32,420 bases of DNA, taken from positions 1-32,420 of the IMG/VR virus record IMGVR_UViG_3300034682_000194; one strand, written 5' to 3'. Position numbers and translations under genes: made by a program. Source of the DNA: a virus. Lineage: Duplodnaviria; Caudoviricetes. Shown one piece after another: positions 16,954 to 26,191 of this stretch. The notes under the pieces are model-generated. The model searched no databases. It worked only from the letters and a program-made list of their open reading frames with translations, and had not been told where the DNA came from. The stretch's first letter is position 1. Every line of letters starts with the position of its first letter.

Positions 16954-16986
16954 TATTCACCTTTCTTATCCGTTAATTTCCGCCAT

Positions 16987-17015
16987 AAAAAAACCCGCCG
17001 AAGCGGGTTATTTTT
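16987..17015 (-). terminator. Intrinsic terminator after the 80-aa moron
   Basis: Minus strand AACCCGC-TTCG-GCGGGTT followed by a T-run. Confidence 0.8.
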
Positions 17016-17041
17016 GAACATTGACTATACCTATTACGACA

Positions 17042-17284
17042 TCAACTCTTTGCCATCATCGTCTTTAAAACTTCTATACTTTTGTTGTGTTTGTAAACCA
17101 TATGATCGCCGATACATATAGCCATAATCCAACACAAAATCGGCCCAACAACTGTGCTGAAAGTTAATACAGCAACGAGAATAAGTAGCAGCGACGCTAT
17201 TGGAGATGCGTATAACAAGCCCAAAGGCCCTAAGAACAGGGTAAAGAAAAACGAAATTATCCGGGATTTTTCAGTGAGGTCCAT
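17042..17284 (-). CDS. Moron: small inner-membrane protein
   Basis: 80 aa, mostly hydrophobic (KSRIISFFFTLFLGPLGLLY...), AAGGA RBS, AT-rich 5' gap and own terminator; inserted between Z and U. Confidence 0.8.
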   Translation of the reverse strand: MDLTEKSRIISFFFTLFLGPLGLLYASPIASLLLILVAVLTFSTVVGPILCWIMAICIGDHMVYKHNKSIEVLKTMMAKS

Positions 17285-17387
17285 TTCAATTCCTTATACT
17301 TACAGTCGTTTCAATTAAGAGAACATGACATAAAAACCAATTGGCTGTTTCATTTTTAGCCGATTTTTTCTCTTAAATCAAAACAAA

Positions 17388-18026
17388 CTACCTATTAGTT
17401 ACCTTGCTTATCCTATATGCAAGTTCACGTAGCATTTGCTCTGGCAACTCAGTACCCACAGCTCTTTGAAACTGCTTTGTTGCATGATTGGTTATGGTGT
17501 TATTAATTGGCACTGTAACCACTTCTATGGGGTATCGCTTGTCAGATAACCGCCGCAGTATTTGCCACTTGCCAGATCTAAGTTGTTGCATAAAGACGTT
17601 ATGGAAAACACGGCGACCAACCCGGATAGACGTTTGTCCGGAGATTTCGCGCTTTGCATACTGTCCATTTGCCGATCTGGTTACTTCTGATGTCGTAGCC
17701 TTTCCTCTTTTTGCCAATTGCGTTCTGGCCACACCCAACCTTGACGCTGGTACATTGGTTCTAAACACACGAACCTGAGCTGCAGAGTTGTCCCCTACGT
17801 TTAGGTGATTCAATTTCAGCCGTTCCCGCATCAGCTTTACCGGCATTTTTTCTTCTTTCGCTGTTTCTCTTGCTGTGGCAGTGGAAGCCTTTAGAGCCAG
17901 CCGCTTTAAAATCCGGCGCTGAGCATAAATCAGTTGTTTGTTGTTTAATTCTGACAGGATCCGCTGTGCCTTCTTTATCGCCTCATTGGTTTCAACTTCA
18001 ATCAGTGGCGTCCAAGCTTTTTTCAT
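17388..18026 (-). CDS. Minor tail / tail completion protein (gpZ-like)
   Basis: Basic; IRVGRRVF..VFMQQL.SGKWQILRR...RYPIEVV.VP; ATGA overlap with FII. Confidence 0.85.
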   Translation of the reverse strand: MKKAWTPLIEVETNEAIKKAQRILSELNNKQLIYAQRRILKRLALKASTATARETAKEEKMPVKLMRERLKLNHLNVGDNSAAQVRVFRTNVPASRLGVARTQLAKRGKATTSEVTRSANGQYAKREISGQTSIRVGRRVFHNVFMQQLRSGKWQILRRLSDKRYPIEVVTVPINNTITNHATKQFQRAVGTELPEQMLRELAYRISKVTNR

Positions 18027-18316
18027 ACTGCCACCAGTATGATCCAATCGCTATCTGCTGGAATACAGCTCACTACCGTCAGAACATCACCTGTCTTTTG
18101 CCGTGTTAACTGGGCTCGACGATCAAGCTTCTGCGGCAATTGCGAACGGCTTACCTCTATTCGCATTTGCGCACTCATGGCTTGCTGAAACTCCAACGGG
18201 ACGTCTTCTACCTTGCCTGTGAAGCTAAGCGCAGGCTGAGCACAAGAGATAAGCTCGCCAAACAGCTGGTTATCCAGCTGCTCGGCTTTGCTTAACAATT
18301 CGTCTATGTTCATCAC
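18023..18316 (-). CDS. Head-tail joining protein (gpFII-like)
   Basis: Size (97 aa) and syntenic position; weak motif support. Confidence 0.6.
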   Translation of the reverse strand: MMNIDELLSKAEQLDNQLFGELISCAQPALSFTGKVEDVPLEFQQAMSAQMRIEVSRSQLPQKLDRRAQLTRQKTGDVLTVVSCIPADSDWIILVAV

Positions 18317-18900
18317 AGCAACACAGCGTATTTGCCAGCTACCAGGTCATTGGCCAGCGACTCTGGCACCGCTACTGATTTGCTGTTGCCATCGATGTTG
18401 TAACGCTCCGTGCCATGGCTGCAGCGAATTGAGCACAGTGGCTTTATATTCACTAGCTTCACATCGCTATCAGCTGCAGCACCTTCGGCACCAGACGCTG
18501 AACCTTCACCATCGGCAGCACCTTCAGTACCAGACGTTGAACCTTCACCATCGGCAGCACCTTCAGTACCAAACGTTGAACCTTCACCATCGGCAGCACC
18601 TTCAGTACCAGACGTTGAACCTTCACCATCGGCAGCACCTTCAGTACCAAACGTTGAACCTTCACCATCGGCAGCACCTGCGGTATCAGACTCTGAGCCA
18701 TCACCAGCGGCAGCACCGTCGGTACCAGACTCTGAATCATCACCTTCAGCATTTTTTACAGGCAAGGCTTCAAGCTCTTTGATCCGTGCAACAAGTTCTT
18801 GCCTGTCTGTTGGTGGCTGTTCATCTAAACCACGAGACAATGCTAGCTCCGCGAAGTAAGGGATCAATTCCTCTAACGGAGTTGTTTTGCTAATTTTCAT
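18313..18900 (-). CDS. DNA-packaging accessory protein (gpFI-like) with acidic repeat linker
   Basis: Immediately downstream of major capsid; helical N-terminus (ELVARIKELE), acidic linker, C-terminal VAVP..LA.DLV..KYA. Confidence 0.65.
   Translation of the reverse strand: MKISKTTPLEELIPYFAELALSRGLDEQPPTDRQELVARIKELEALPVKNAEGDDSESGTDGAAAGDGSESDTAGAADGEGSTFGTEGAADGEGSTSGTEGAADGEGSTFGTEGAADGEGSTSGTEGAADGEGSASGAEGAAADSDVKLVNIKPLCSIRCSHGTERYNIDGNSKSVAVPESLANDLVAGKYAVLL
18476..18748. repeat. 39-bp tandem repeat, 7 units (4 near-identical, 3 degenerate)
   Basis: Unit gcagcaccttcagtaccaRacgttgaaccttcaccatcg starting at 18476, 18515, 18554, 18593, 18632, 18671, 18710; encodes DGEGST(S/F)GTEGAA. Confidence 0.95.
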
Positions 18901-18940
18901 AAGGTTTTCCAAGGGCCGACCGAAGCCGGCCAGTGAGGGG

Positions 18941-19993
18941 TTAAACGATCAGAACAGCGAATTCGTCTGCATCCATTAACGCCATAGCTGGCGCTGTCAG
19001 TGTTTGCTGCCATTCAACAGATGGGTCACCGTCAGTGATCCAGTGTTTGTACCCCAGACGCTGGTTAGCTAAACCTTCAGCCAACAGTTTTGCATCCGGG
19101 ATCTGACCATAACATTCAGCACCTTCAGCACCTGAGTGCGCCAGAAGAACAGAACCATCAGGCATGTAGCGAACTTTTTGACCGGCCTTGTTTTTGTAGT
19201 GGCCACGGTAAACGATGATAGAAACATCACCGATATTGCCTTTATACGAAACATCTTTGCCAAGGTCTTTCAGTGCCGTTTCCATTGTTGAATTGGAGCC
19301 GCGGCGAGTTTCCAGCTTTTCGTTAACCACTTTAAATTTACGGAACAATGACCAGGCAGTACCGTCCATCACAACGACATCACAACCATTGGTCATTTCG
19401 TCCGCCAAATCTTCAATGTCTTTGAACGGGTCGTAAGCTTCTGCTGCAGCACCACCAGCTAACAGAATGGCTGCCCACTTTTCAGCACCCAGTAAAACCT
19501 TTTTATTGCTGGCACTACGCTCAAAGTCAACCTGAAGCAGCTCAGCACCAGTATCATCTTCGATGATGTAAGCACCGTTCATGACACATTCGACCGCCAT
19601 AAATTCCAGCGCCTGGTTGATCGCAACTTCTTCATCATCATAATTTTGCATGATGATTGCTTCGCGGCGTTGCTCTGGGCTTAACGGTGTGTCCAGCGAT
19701 TCACCAGCTAGACGCAGTTGAGTGTTCTCAACGTCAACTTCATGCTTTGGCTTTAACAAAGCTGGAGTGATCTTCTGGGTTTTGTAGCCGTTAAGACGCA
19801 TCACCTTGCCTTCAACAATAGGTGACACAAACGCCGCAATCGGGATGTTCTGGTTCACTTTGTCGAGGTAGATTTCTTTGGTCTGAAAAGGGACCACTGT
19901 TTTGAAGAACATGGCACGGAATAGCGAACTAACCCGCTGTTTGTTTTTACGGGCAGCGAGCAGTTGTTTAGATGTATAAATAGCAGCAGCCAT
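18941..19993 (-). CDS. Major capsid protein (lambda gpE family)
   Basis: FFKTVVPFQTKEIYLDKV...IAAFVSPIVEGKV...KPKHEV...KLETRRGSNSTMETALKDLGK.VSYKG...W.TDGDP. Confidence 0.95.
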   Translation of the reverse strand: MAAAIYTSKQLLAARKNKQRVSSLFRAMFFKTVVPFQTKEIYLDKVNQNIPIAAFVSPIVEGKVMRLNGYKTQKITPALLKPKHEVDVENTQLRLAGESLDTPLSPEQRREAIIMQNYDDEEVAINQALEFMAVECVMNGAYIIEDDTGAELLQVDFERSASNKKVLLGAEKWAAILLAGGAAAEAYDPFKDIEDLADEMTNGCDVVVMDGTAWSLFRKFKVVNEKLETRRGSNSTMETALKDLGKDVSYKGNIGDVSIIVYRGHYKNKAGQKVRYMPDGSVLLAHSGAEGAECYGQIPDAKLLAEGLANQRLGYKHWITDGDPSVEWQQTLTAPAMALMDADEFAVLIV

Positions 19994-20340
19994 TATTCAG
20001 CTCCTTTTAACTGAATTGGAGTACCCACAAATGCTGTTGCTTTTTGCGCAGCAGTTGCACCTACTGGCCATACAACCAGGTCGGGATTAAATGAGCCGCC
20101 ATCCCACACATTAGCCTGAACCGATGCAGTTGCATCGACCTCAACTGTTAGGATAGCAACAGCTTTTTGCGTACCATCGTTAGCAGCCGGTGCCCACTTA
20201 TGGTAAGCACCAGTAGTAGAGTTTTGGCCCAACGGCGTTTTTTCTGGCAGCACTCCCTGGCCTGAAGCCAGCGTGACTGTATTAGTGGTAATCAGACGAT
20301 GTCCGGTCTTCCACTGAGTAAATGAAATGGAGGTATTCAT
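19993..20340 (-). CDS. Head decoration protein (gpD family)
   Basis: TPLG...W....DG..KAVAIL...GSFNPDLVVWP...AFVGTPI. Confidence 0.9.
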   Translation of the reverse strand: MNTSISFTQWKTGHRLITTNTVTLASGQGVLPEKTPLGQNSTTGAYHKWAPAANDGTQKAVAILTVEVDATASVQANVWDGGSFNPDLVVWPVGATAAQKATAFVGTPIQLKGAE

Positions 20341-20756
20341 TACGCTTTACCTTTTAAGTAGTTACCAGCAGCAACTAAGCGGGCAACAGCCTGATCATCA
20401 GCAGAAAGTTGGTCGCCATCTGCTACCTGTAAATTGGGTTGAGGGGTTTTAGCCATAGCCTGATCCAGAGCTGTTGCCATAGCAACAGAGGTATCCGGTT
20501 CTTCAGCTTTGGCTGGTTCTTTTGGCGTGACAGCCAGCAATGCAATTGCTTCAGTAGCTGACATAGACGTTTTTAAAGCTAGGTGCTGCGCTGCACTGGC
20601 ACGGCCTTCAGCTTCCGAACTTTGCAGAATCGCGCTAATGCGTTCCCGCTCTTTTGCTTGCAGATCAGTAGCATTTACTGCAGGTGTTGCAGGCGCTTCT
20701 GAACCGGCCACCGCGGCGACCGAGCTTGCGGCATCTGCCGCGGTTGCAGTAGTCAT
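20340..20756 (-). CDS. Nested in-frame scaffold protein (Nu3-like)
   Basis: Internal ATG (MTTATAA) at 20756 preceded by GAGGTGG RBS, as in lambda C/Nu3. Confidence 0.65.
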   Translation of the reverse strand: MTTATAADAASSVAAVAGSEAPATPAVNATDLQAKERERISAILQSSEAEGRASAAQHLALKTSMSATEAIALLAVTPKEPAKAEEPDTSVAMATALDQAMAKTPQPNLQVADGDQLSADDQAVARLVAAGNYLKGKA

Positions 20757-21647
20757 GTTTGACCCACCTCTTTTTTTGGTTTTTACAAATTCCAGCATGA
20801 GCGGTACTGCTTCATGCCCGTTTACAACTCTATTGGCAAAGCCGATGGCTACACCTGACTGGCCTGTATATACAGCAGCTTCAGTGCCCATAACGTCATT
20901 TTTCGGCATGCCAATACCTTCAGAGACCAACTGAGCGAATTGATCACGTGTCGTATCGATCTCTGACTGAATTTTGCTCCGGACGTCTTTAGGTAGCTTT
21001 TCGTAGGGGTTGCCGTCGACTTTGTGTGCACCGCTGTGAATTAAGGTGATTTCCATCCCCTCTTGTTCCAGCATTTTTTCGTAGCTGTAGTGCGCAACCA
21101 GCACACCAACAGAGCCAATTCGACCTGTTTGGGTTATCCAGCGTTCGGTACAGGCTGAGCCCAGAGCCATAGCAGCGCTGCACATGGTGTCGTAGCACAG
21201 GCCAACGATCGGTTTTACCTTGCTGAACTCACGGATCAGGTTGGCTGTGTCAAAACAGCCAGCCACTTCACCACCGGGACTGTCGAAATCCAGCAAGATC
21301 CCTTCTATGCTCGGGTCATTAATTGCTGCCGAAAGGCGAGTGATCAGGCCGTCGTAGCCTGTGGCGCCTGAATACGGCTGCACATAACCGTATTTATGCA
21401 ATAAAGTGCCACTAACTGGCAGTACTGCTACACCTTCATAAACCCGATAAGGACGTTCTCTTGGTTTGCTATCCCAGCTGCTGATCAGCTGTTGCATACC
21501 ATCGGTGTCCATAACCTCGCCTGTGCTGGTAATCAGCTGGCCAACACCAGCTTTTAAGCAAAGCACACTGAAAAATGTGGCGGCGTAATTGGGCTCAATA
21601 AAAAGGGCCTGATTACAGGCCCTTGATAGGATGTTTAACTTATTCAT
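20340..21647 (-). CDS. Prohead protease (S49, gpC) with C-terminal scaffold
   Basis: LDFDSPGGEVAG...MCSAAMAL...GSVGV...SGAHKVDGNPY; C-terminal ERERISAIL..EAEGR. Confidence 0.93.
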   Translation of the reverse strand: MNKLNILSRACNQALFIEPNYAATFFSVLCLKAGVGQLITSTGEVMDTDGMQQLISSWDSKPRERPYRVYEGVAVLPVSGTLLHKYGYVQPYSGATGYDGLITRLSAAINDPSIEGILLDFDSPGGEVAGCFDTANLIREFSKVKPIVGLCYDTMCSAAMALGSACTERWITQTGRIGSVGVLVAHYSYEKMLEQEGMEITLIHSGAHKVDGNPYEKLPKDVRSKIQSEIDTTRDQFAQLVSEGIGMPKNDVMGTEAAVYTGQSGVAIGFANRVVNGHEAVPLMLEFVKTKKRGGSNMTTATAADAASSVAAVAGSEAPATPAVNATDLQAKERERISAILQSSEAEGRASAAQHLALKTSMSATEAIALLAVTPKEPAKAEEPDTSVAMATALDQAMAKTPQPNLQVADGDQLSADDQAVARLVAAGNYLKGKA

Positions 21648-23199
21648 TGGTCTGGGTGTCCTGGGTTAATGCGCCCATTTGCGCCCAGCTTGGGGTCGGT
21701 AACCCAAGCCGCTGGATTTCCTGCAGTTCGCGGTACTGCTGTTCAAACACTTCCTGATAGTCTTTACCCATTAACGCCAGTTCGTCTTCGTAGGTCGACA
21801 AACGGCCCTCAATACGAAGTATCGCTTCCTTCACTTCTTTAAGACCATCAATGGCCAGCTTGCCTTGGCCTATCCATGAGACATTTGTCCAGGCTGCACG
21901 TCGCTCATAGAAGTTAAACCGGGACTTTGGCGGCACCAATATCTTGCGATGTAAGGCCTCCTCTAACCAATTGGCAAAAACTATGCTGGCAAAACGCGAT
22001 GGGATAACTTTACGCTTCCCCATAAAGTAGCGGTGCGACTCGTTGATACTGGCCCGGGCTGAGCTGTAGTTCACTTTGCTGAAATCTCTGGCCAGCTGCT
22101 CATAACTCAAACCAAGGCCTGCAGCGATATACCGCAGAATACTGGTTTCTAAGTCTGAAAAACCATTGTCCGAGTTTGATGGGTGTGTCAAGTTCAGGCT
22201 TTCGCCTGGCATAAGGTGGGGAATTTTCACCCCGTTCATTCTGATATCGGCTGAGTCGTGGTAGTCAGCCAATTTGAACATCCAGTTCTCTAAGTTTTTT
22301 ATAGTTTCGCCGCCGCCAGATATCAATTGAAACGCTTGCTCTGAGTCCAGCTCTGATTCTATGGTTGCTGCATACATTGCATTGACAATAGCGTTCTGCA
22401 GCTTGGTTTGTTGCAACTTATCCAAGCTGTGTAGCTGTGACATCACCGTTAGAAACAGGTTTTCGCCACGGCTTTGACCTGGTTCAGATGGTTCAAACAC
22501 GTGAGCAAACTGAGTCCGGCCCCAGGCTGTTTCGCGTTGAACAAATGACCATTTATTAGCTGGCTGCATGCCATATTCTGAGTAGTCAGACTCCTCAACC
22601 CAATAGCCTTGAGCGGCCCCATGACGGTCAATTGCAACCCCAGAGCGTAGAGTATTTGTGTTGTGCTGACTACGCGGGTTACTTACCCGCTTAGGACTAA
22701 CAAGCTTCACACACATGTTAAACAATGATGGCCGATCAGGCGCCCATTCAAAGCAAGCCATACCTTCACCATAGTTAACATGAGATCCAGTTATAGAACG
22801 GCAGAGCATTGTAAATGTGCGCTTGCGTTCAGCATCGATGTAACAGCCCGGATCCTCGCCATATTCAATAAAAGCCTGTTCAGCTTCACGGATAAAGGCT
22901 CTGGCTGATGTTTCTTCCATACCCAATACACGCCAGTTCAGCTTATAACTAGGCCGGAATAAGTTACCCACCATGTTATCGATATGCAGCTGAACACCGC
23001 CTCTGGCCATAGCGTTATTGCGGCGAACGTCATCACTTCTGGCGTTTGCCACATCTAGCTGTGGCAAGAGAGCTGCATCAGCACTTTTTAAACTTGGGTT
23101 CCAATGTGCCAACTGGCCACCAAAACCGGCACCTGCATGAGTATAAGAAGACGCTTTTCTTGCTAAAGGATTGCCATTTACATCAATGATTCGTCCCAT
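21640..23199 (-). CDS. Portal protein (lambda gpB family)
   Basis: SADAALLP...ARSDDVRRNN...G...HID.MVG...YIAAGLGLSYEQLARDFSKVNYSSARAS. Confidence 0.95.
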   Translation of the reverse strand: MGRIIDVNGNPLARKASSYTHAGAGFGGQLAHWNPSLKSADAALLPQLDVANARSDDVRRNNAMARGGVQLHIDNMVGNLFRPSYKLNWRVLGMEETSARAFIREAEQAFIEYGEDPGCYIDAERKRTFTMLCRSITGSHVNYGEGMACFEWAPDRPSLFNMCVKLVSPKRVSNPRSQHNTNTLRSGVAIDRHGAAQGYWVEESDYSEYGMQPANKWSFVQRETAWGRTQFAHVFEPSEPGQSRGENLFLTVMSQLHSLDKLQQTKLQNAIVNAMYAATIESELDSEQAFQLISGGGETIKNLENWMFKLADYHDSADIRMNGVKIPHLMPGESLNLTHPSNSDNGFSDLETSILRYIAAGLGLSYEQLARDFSKVNYSSARASINESHRYFMGKRKVIPSRFASIVFANWLEEALHRKILVPPKSRFNFYERRAAWTNVSWIGQGKLAIDGLKEVKEAILRIEGRLSTYEDELALMGKDYQEVFEQQYRELQEIQRLGLPTPSWAQMGALTQDTQTNE

Positions 23200-23411
23200 T
23201 AGAAGCTTACCCTTGCAGCAGATCGGCGGCGGGGTTTTAAACCCAGCTTCACTTTCAGTTCGTCGATGTAATCAACCAGTTCCTGCTTGTTTGTTTGCTG
23301 AAACTGAACCGTGCGCCCGCCTTTACTGATGCTTACAATGTTCTTACCTATCCGCAGTTGATGCAATGCGGCTTCGGCCTCGGCCAGCTGCTCTACTGTT
23401 GATGAAGCCAT
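23199..23411 (-). CDS. Head completion protein (gpW)
   Basis: LAEAEAALHQLRIGKNIVSISKGGRTVQF...L..YI.EL...RRR. Confidence 0.9.
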   Translation of the reverse strand: MASSTVEQLAEAEAALHQLRIGKNIVSISKGGRTVQFQQTNKQELVDYIDELKVKLGLKPRRRSAARVSF

Positions 23412-25348
23412 TATTTCCCCATTCGTCTGCCGAGCTCGGCAAAACTATTTGATGTTGATTCTGTTTGAACTTTGTCTTGTCGTAGCGCTTCGAGGTTGAG
23501 GCCAAATCGCTCAATCAATATGTAAAGCGCAGCCAACGCATATACCAGGCAGTCCAGAGCTTCGTTGCGTCGACCTTCGTTGTCGTATGCAAATACGATC
23601 CCTTTACGGGTTTTCTGTGCTTTTCTGACTTCTGAGACCAACTGTATGCAGACATCTTCAGGACAGATGCCATCATCCAGGGGAAGATGTAACGATCTGG
23701 CCTCGCCAACTGGCAGGGATATGTCGCTGTAAATCTGGTCTTTTGCAGTGTCAGTGCCTACCGCGGTAAGGAATACACCGGCTGGCTTTGTGATCTTGAT
23801 TGGCATTCGCTGAATCGGCTGGCCGTATTCGTTAGCCCCGCGAACAGGTATCACATGCAGAATGCCGATGCGTTTCGACATTTCGTAAACAACCTCAGTC
23901 CTGTGCCCACCGATATCCCAGCACCATTTTTTAACGCTAAGCTCTTCACCGTTCGCTTTGCGATAAACACGCCTGCAGATTTCTTCCATCTTTGTTTTAG
24001 AGGCGTCATCACGTGGATCACCCATCACTATTTGACGGGCAATCAGGTACTTCTGCATATCCCAGGAGAACCCCCAGACATAAGCCTCAAGCCTGTTGTC
24101 TTGGGTATCTATTCCACCAGTGAGAATTACAACTTCATCCGGTACCTGAGCAGAGTAAGATTCTCTTCGCTCCATCAAATGCTGGTGATTAATGCGCTTT
24201 GTATGCTGCGGTTGCCAGAGCAACCCTAGCGTTAAGTTCCAAAACGCCTGCAGCTTGTCGACATCACCACTGATGTCTAACCACTCTCGAACCAACTCTA
24301 TCCAACCTTCGGTAAGATTGAGTGAGTACAGTGCGGATATCATAAAGCCAACACGCTGCGGTGCTTTAGTGCGGCGCCCTTCAGCGTTGTAGAAATCAAT
24401 GCCGTTCTTTGTCCATGTTCCGGTGTTTGAACAAATCCACTTGCCCAGCTCCTGCATCTTAGTCAGTGATGAATAGTAGATCTGGTCTTCACAATGGCGG
24501 CACTGGTAGTAGGCTGTGGCCGCAGCTTGTTCTTTAGGTAGTGTGCGGTCCCACTTCATACCAAATGGCGTATCTTTACCGCCCCATTCCAGTATTTGAT
24601 ACTCGCCACAATGCGGACAAGGCAGGTGCATCTGCAGAACAACGTCTGCATCCCCCATCAAGCGTTCTAATGTAGACTGGCCAACAGTCGTTGCCGTAGA
24701 ACCAAAGATTGCTTTACCAAACGCTGCGCCACGGATACGCTCCCGCATAACCCGAGTGTTGTCACCTTCTCCGCTGTTAATCTTCCAGGCGTCAATTTCA
24801 TCACCACAGATCACCTGTTTGGTCATCATGCGGAAGTTGTTCGGTGTATCTGCACCAAGAATATCGATACTAAAACCAGCGCCAACTTTCTTTTTTACGT
24901 TGTTGTATTCATTGGTCTGCTGCCAGTAAGGCAAGGCCTCCTGCATAACAGGCACTACCCTGATCACCGGGTCGAATTCATCCAGCGTGAACTGCTTGGC
25001 TAATCTGTCGTTTGGTTCGTAAACCACACTAGATCGGCGCTTATGCTCAGACAGATACATCAGAGCGCAGCACAGCATTTTGGTGTAGCCGATCCGCGTC
25101 GGCTTCTGAACATAGATTTCTTTTACAGCATCGTTGCCCATGCAATTGAGCATCACTACCTGAAGCGGCTGAGTGATCCACTTACCACTAATTTGAGAAC
25201 TGCCCTCAGGCAGATAGAAATATTTATCAGCCCATTCGACCGCTGTCATCGGCACTTTGGTCATCAAGGGACTCAGCCCCTGGCGTATCGCCGATGTAAT
25301 CGCTGAAGTCCAACTCTTCGTGGTTAATTTGGATATCAGCTGCTTCAT
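23411..25348 (-). CDS. Terminase large subunit (gpA family)
   Basis: MTAVEWADKYFYLP...KPTRIGYTKM (Walker A-like), GDEID, CPHCG, GIDTQDNR, RRNEALDCLVYA. Start at 25348 or 25363. Confidence 0.95.
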   Translation of the reverse strand: MKQLISKLTTKSWTSAITSAIRQGLSPLMTKVPMTAVEWADKYFYLPEGSSQISGKWITQPLQVVMLNCMGNDAVKEIYVQKPTRIGYTKMLCCALMYLSEHKRRSSVVYEPNDRLAKQFTLDEFDPVIRVVPVMQEALPYWQQTNEYNNVKKKVGAGFSIDILGADTPNNFRMMTKQVICGDEIDAWKINSGEGDNTRVMRERIRGAAFGKAIFGSTATTVGQSTLERLMGDADVVLQMHLPCPHCGEYQILEWGGKDTPFGMKWDRTLPKEQAAATAYYQCRHCEDQIYYSSLTKMQELGKWICSNTGTWTKNGIDFYNAEGRRTKAPQRVGFMISALYSLNLTEGWIELVREWLDISGDVDKLQAFWNLTLGLLWQPQHTKRINHQHLMERRESYSAQVPDEVVILTGGIDTQDNRLEAYVWGFSWDMQKYLIARQIVMGDPRDDASKTKMEEICRRVYRKANGEELSVKKWCWDIGGHRTEVVYEMSKRIGILHVIPVRGANEYGQPIQRMPIKITKPAGVFLTAVGTDTAKDQIYSDISLPVGEARSLHLPLDDGICPEDVCIQLVSEVRKAQKTRKGIVFAYDNEGRRNEALDCLVYALAALYILIERFGLNLEALRQDKVQTESTSNSFAELGRRMGK

Positions 25349-25811
25349 TTTTACACTGCGCAATTATGAGTTTAATGGCCTCGACAGCTTCAATTGGCAT
25401 ATCTGGCCATGCCCTTTTGATGCGCGGCAAAAGAGAATCGAGGTTAGACGTTAGTGCTATTGCTGTTCTGGTCAGCACATCAGCCAGTAATTGGATCGGT
25501 GCAAACTGGCGAAGATGTACCGCCAACTTGAACTGACGTTCTTTAATGATCAGCTGTCGATCTGAGTTCTTTAAGCGCTTCTCTTCGATCTCCAAACGCA
25601 TCATTTCAAGGGGGTCTATTTCGCCTTTCGTTGGAGCGTCTGACTGATTCTTAACTTGGTTTTCTAAGTGACGGATCCGCCACAGAACGACCTCTTTAAT
25701 GTCGTACCCGCCTCGCCCCTTAGAGTCAGGGAAACCAGGCGTTCTGGCCCAGTTCTGGATAGTGCGAGTTGTCACCCCAAGGTAGTCGGCTACTTCACTT
25801 TGTGTTGCCAC
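25227..25811 (-). CDS. Terminase small subunit (Nu1-like, winged HTH)
   Basis: ATQSEVADYLGVTTRTIQNW...GFP...GGYDIKEVVLW; GGAGG RBS before GTG. Confidence 0.9.
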   Translation of the reverse strand: MATQSEVADYLGVTTRTIQNWARTPGFPDSKGRGGYDIKEVVLWRIRHLENQVKNQSDAPTKGEIDPLEMMRLEIEEKRLKNSDRQLIIKERQFKLAVHLRQFAPIQLLADVLTRTAIALTSNLDSLLPRIKRAWPDMPIEAVEAIKLIIAQCKNEAADIQINHEELDFSDYIGDTPGAESLDDQSADDSGRMG

Positions 25812-25898
25812 TTAGCCTCCCAGAGCTGACGCTTTTCACACCTCCAGAAACACGAAAACGAAAAGGCCTAAAAACTAAAAATTGATCGATGTACGAAA

Positions 25899-25948
25899 GC
25901 CTGCGCGCTTCGCACCCGCAGCGATCGAGGGGGTGCGGCACAGTACCT
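25899..25948 (-). other. Candidate cos site (cosQ + cosN)
   Basis: Minus strand AGGTACT ... CTGCG-GGTGCGAAGCG-CGCAG-GCTTTCG parallels lambda GGGTCCT ... ACG-GGGCGGCGACCT-CGCGGGTTTTCG, upstream of the Nu1-like gene. Confidence 0.7.
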
Positions 25949-25975
25949 TTTTTAAATCGTTGTTTTTGCTACCCT

Positions 25976-26191
25976 TCATGGCTTGACCTTCTCAAGCTGC
26001 GCCATTCTGGCCTCGTGTTCGCGCTGTTCGCGGCGGTCGCGACGTACTTGCATCACGTAGTTCAAACCAAAGGTTGCCAGCGCTGTCAGGATGCCTATCA
26101 ACATGGCCCACTGAGACGGATCAAGTGCACCCAATAGAAATGTGCCACCTGCTGCGGTGTACGAAACCTGTGTGCTTACTTGTTCTGACAT
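25976..26191 (-). CDS. Holin (HP1-like)
   Basis: STQVSY.AAG...L..SQWAMLIGILTALATFGLN followed by a basic tail RRDRRE; alternative upstream ATG at 26212. Confidence 0.75.
   Translation of the reverse strand: MSEQVSTQVSYTAAGGTFLLGALDPSQWAMLIGILTALATFGLNYVMQVRRDRREQREHEARMAQLEKVKP

Noticed and set aside
18476-18748. 39-bp repeats as a CRISPR array
   Set aside because: Units are contiguous with no unique spacers, lie in frame in a CDS, and no cas genes are present.
18288-18859. ORFs 18288-18782(+), 18410-18859(+) and 18459-18752(-)
   Set aside because: Shadow frames kept open by the stop-free tandem repeat.
7264-25454. Numerous short plus-strand ORFs antisense to structural genes
   Set aside because: They overlap well-supported minus-strand phage genes and show no recognisable motifs.
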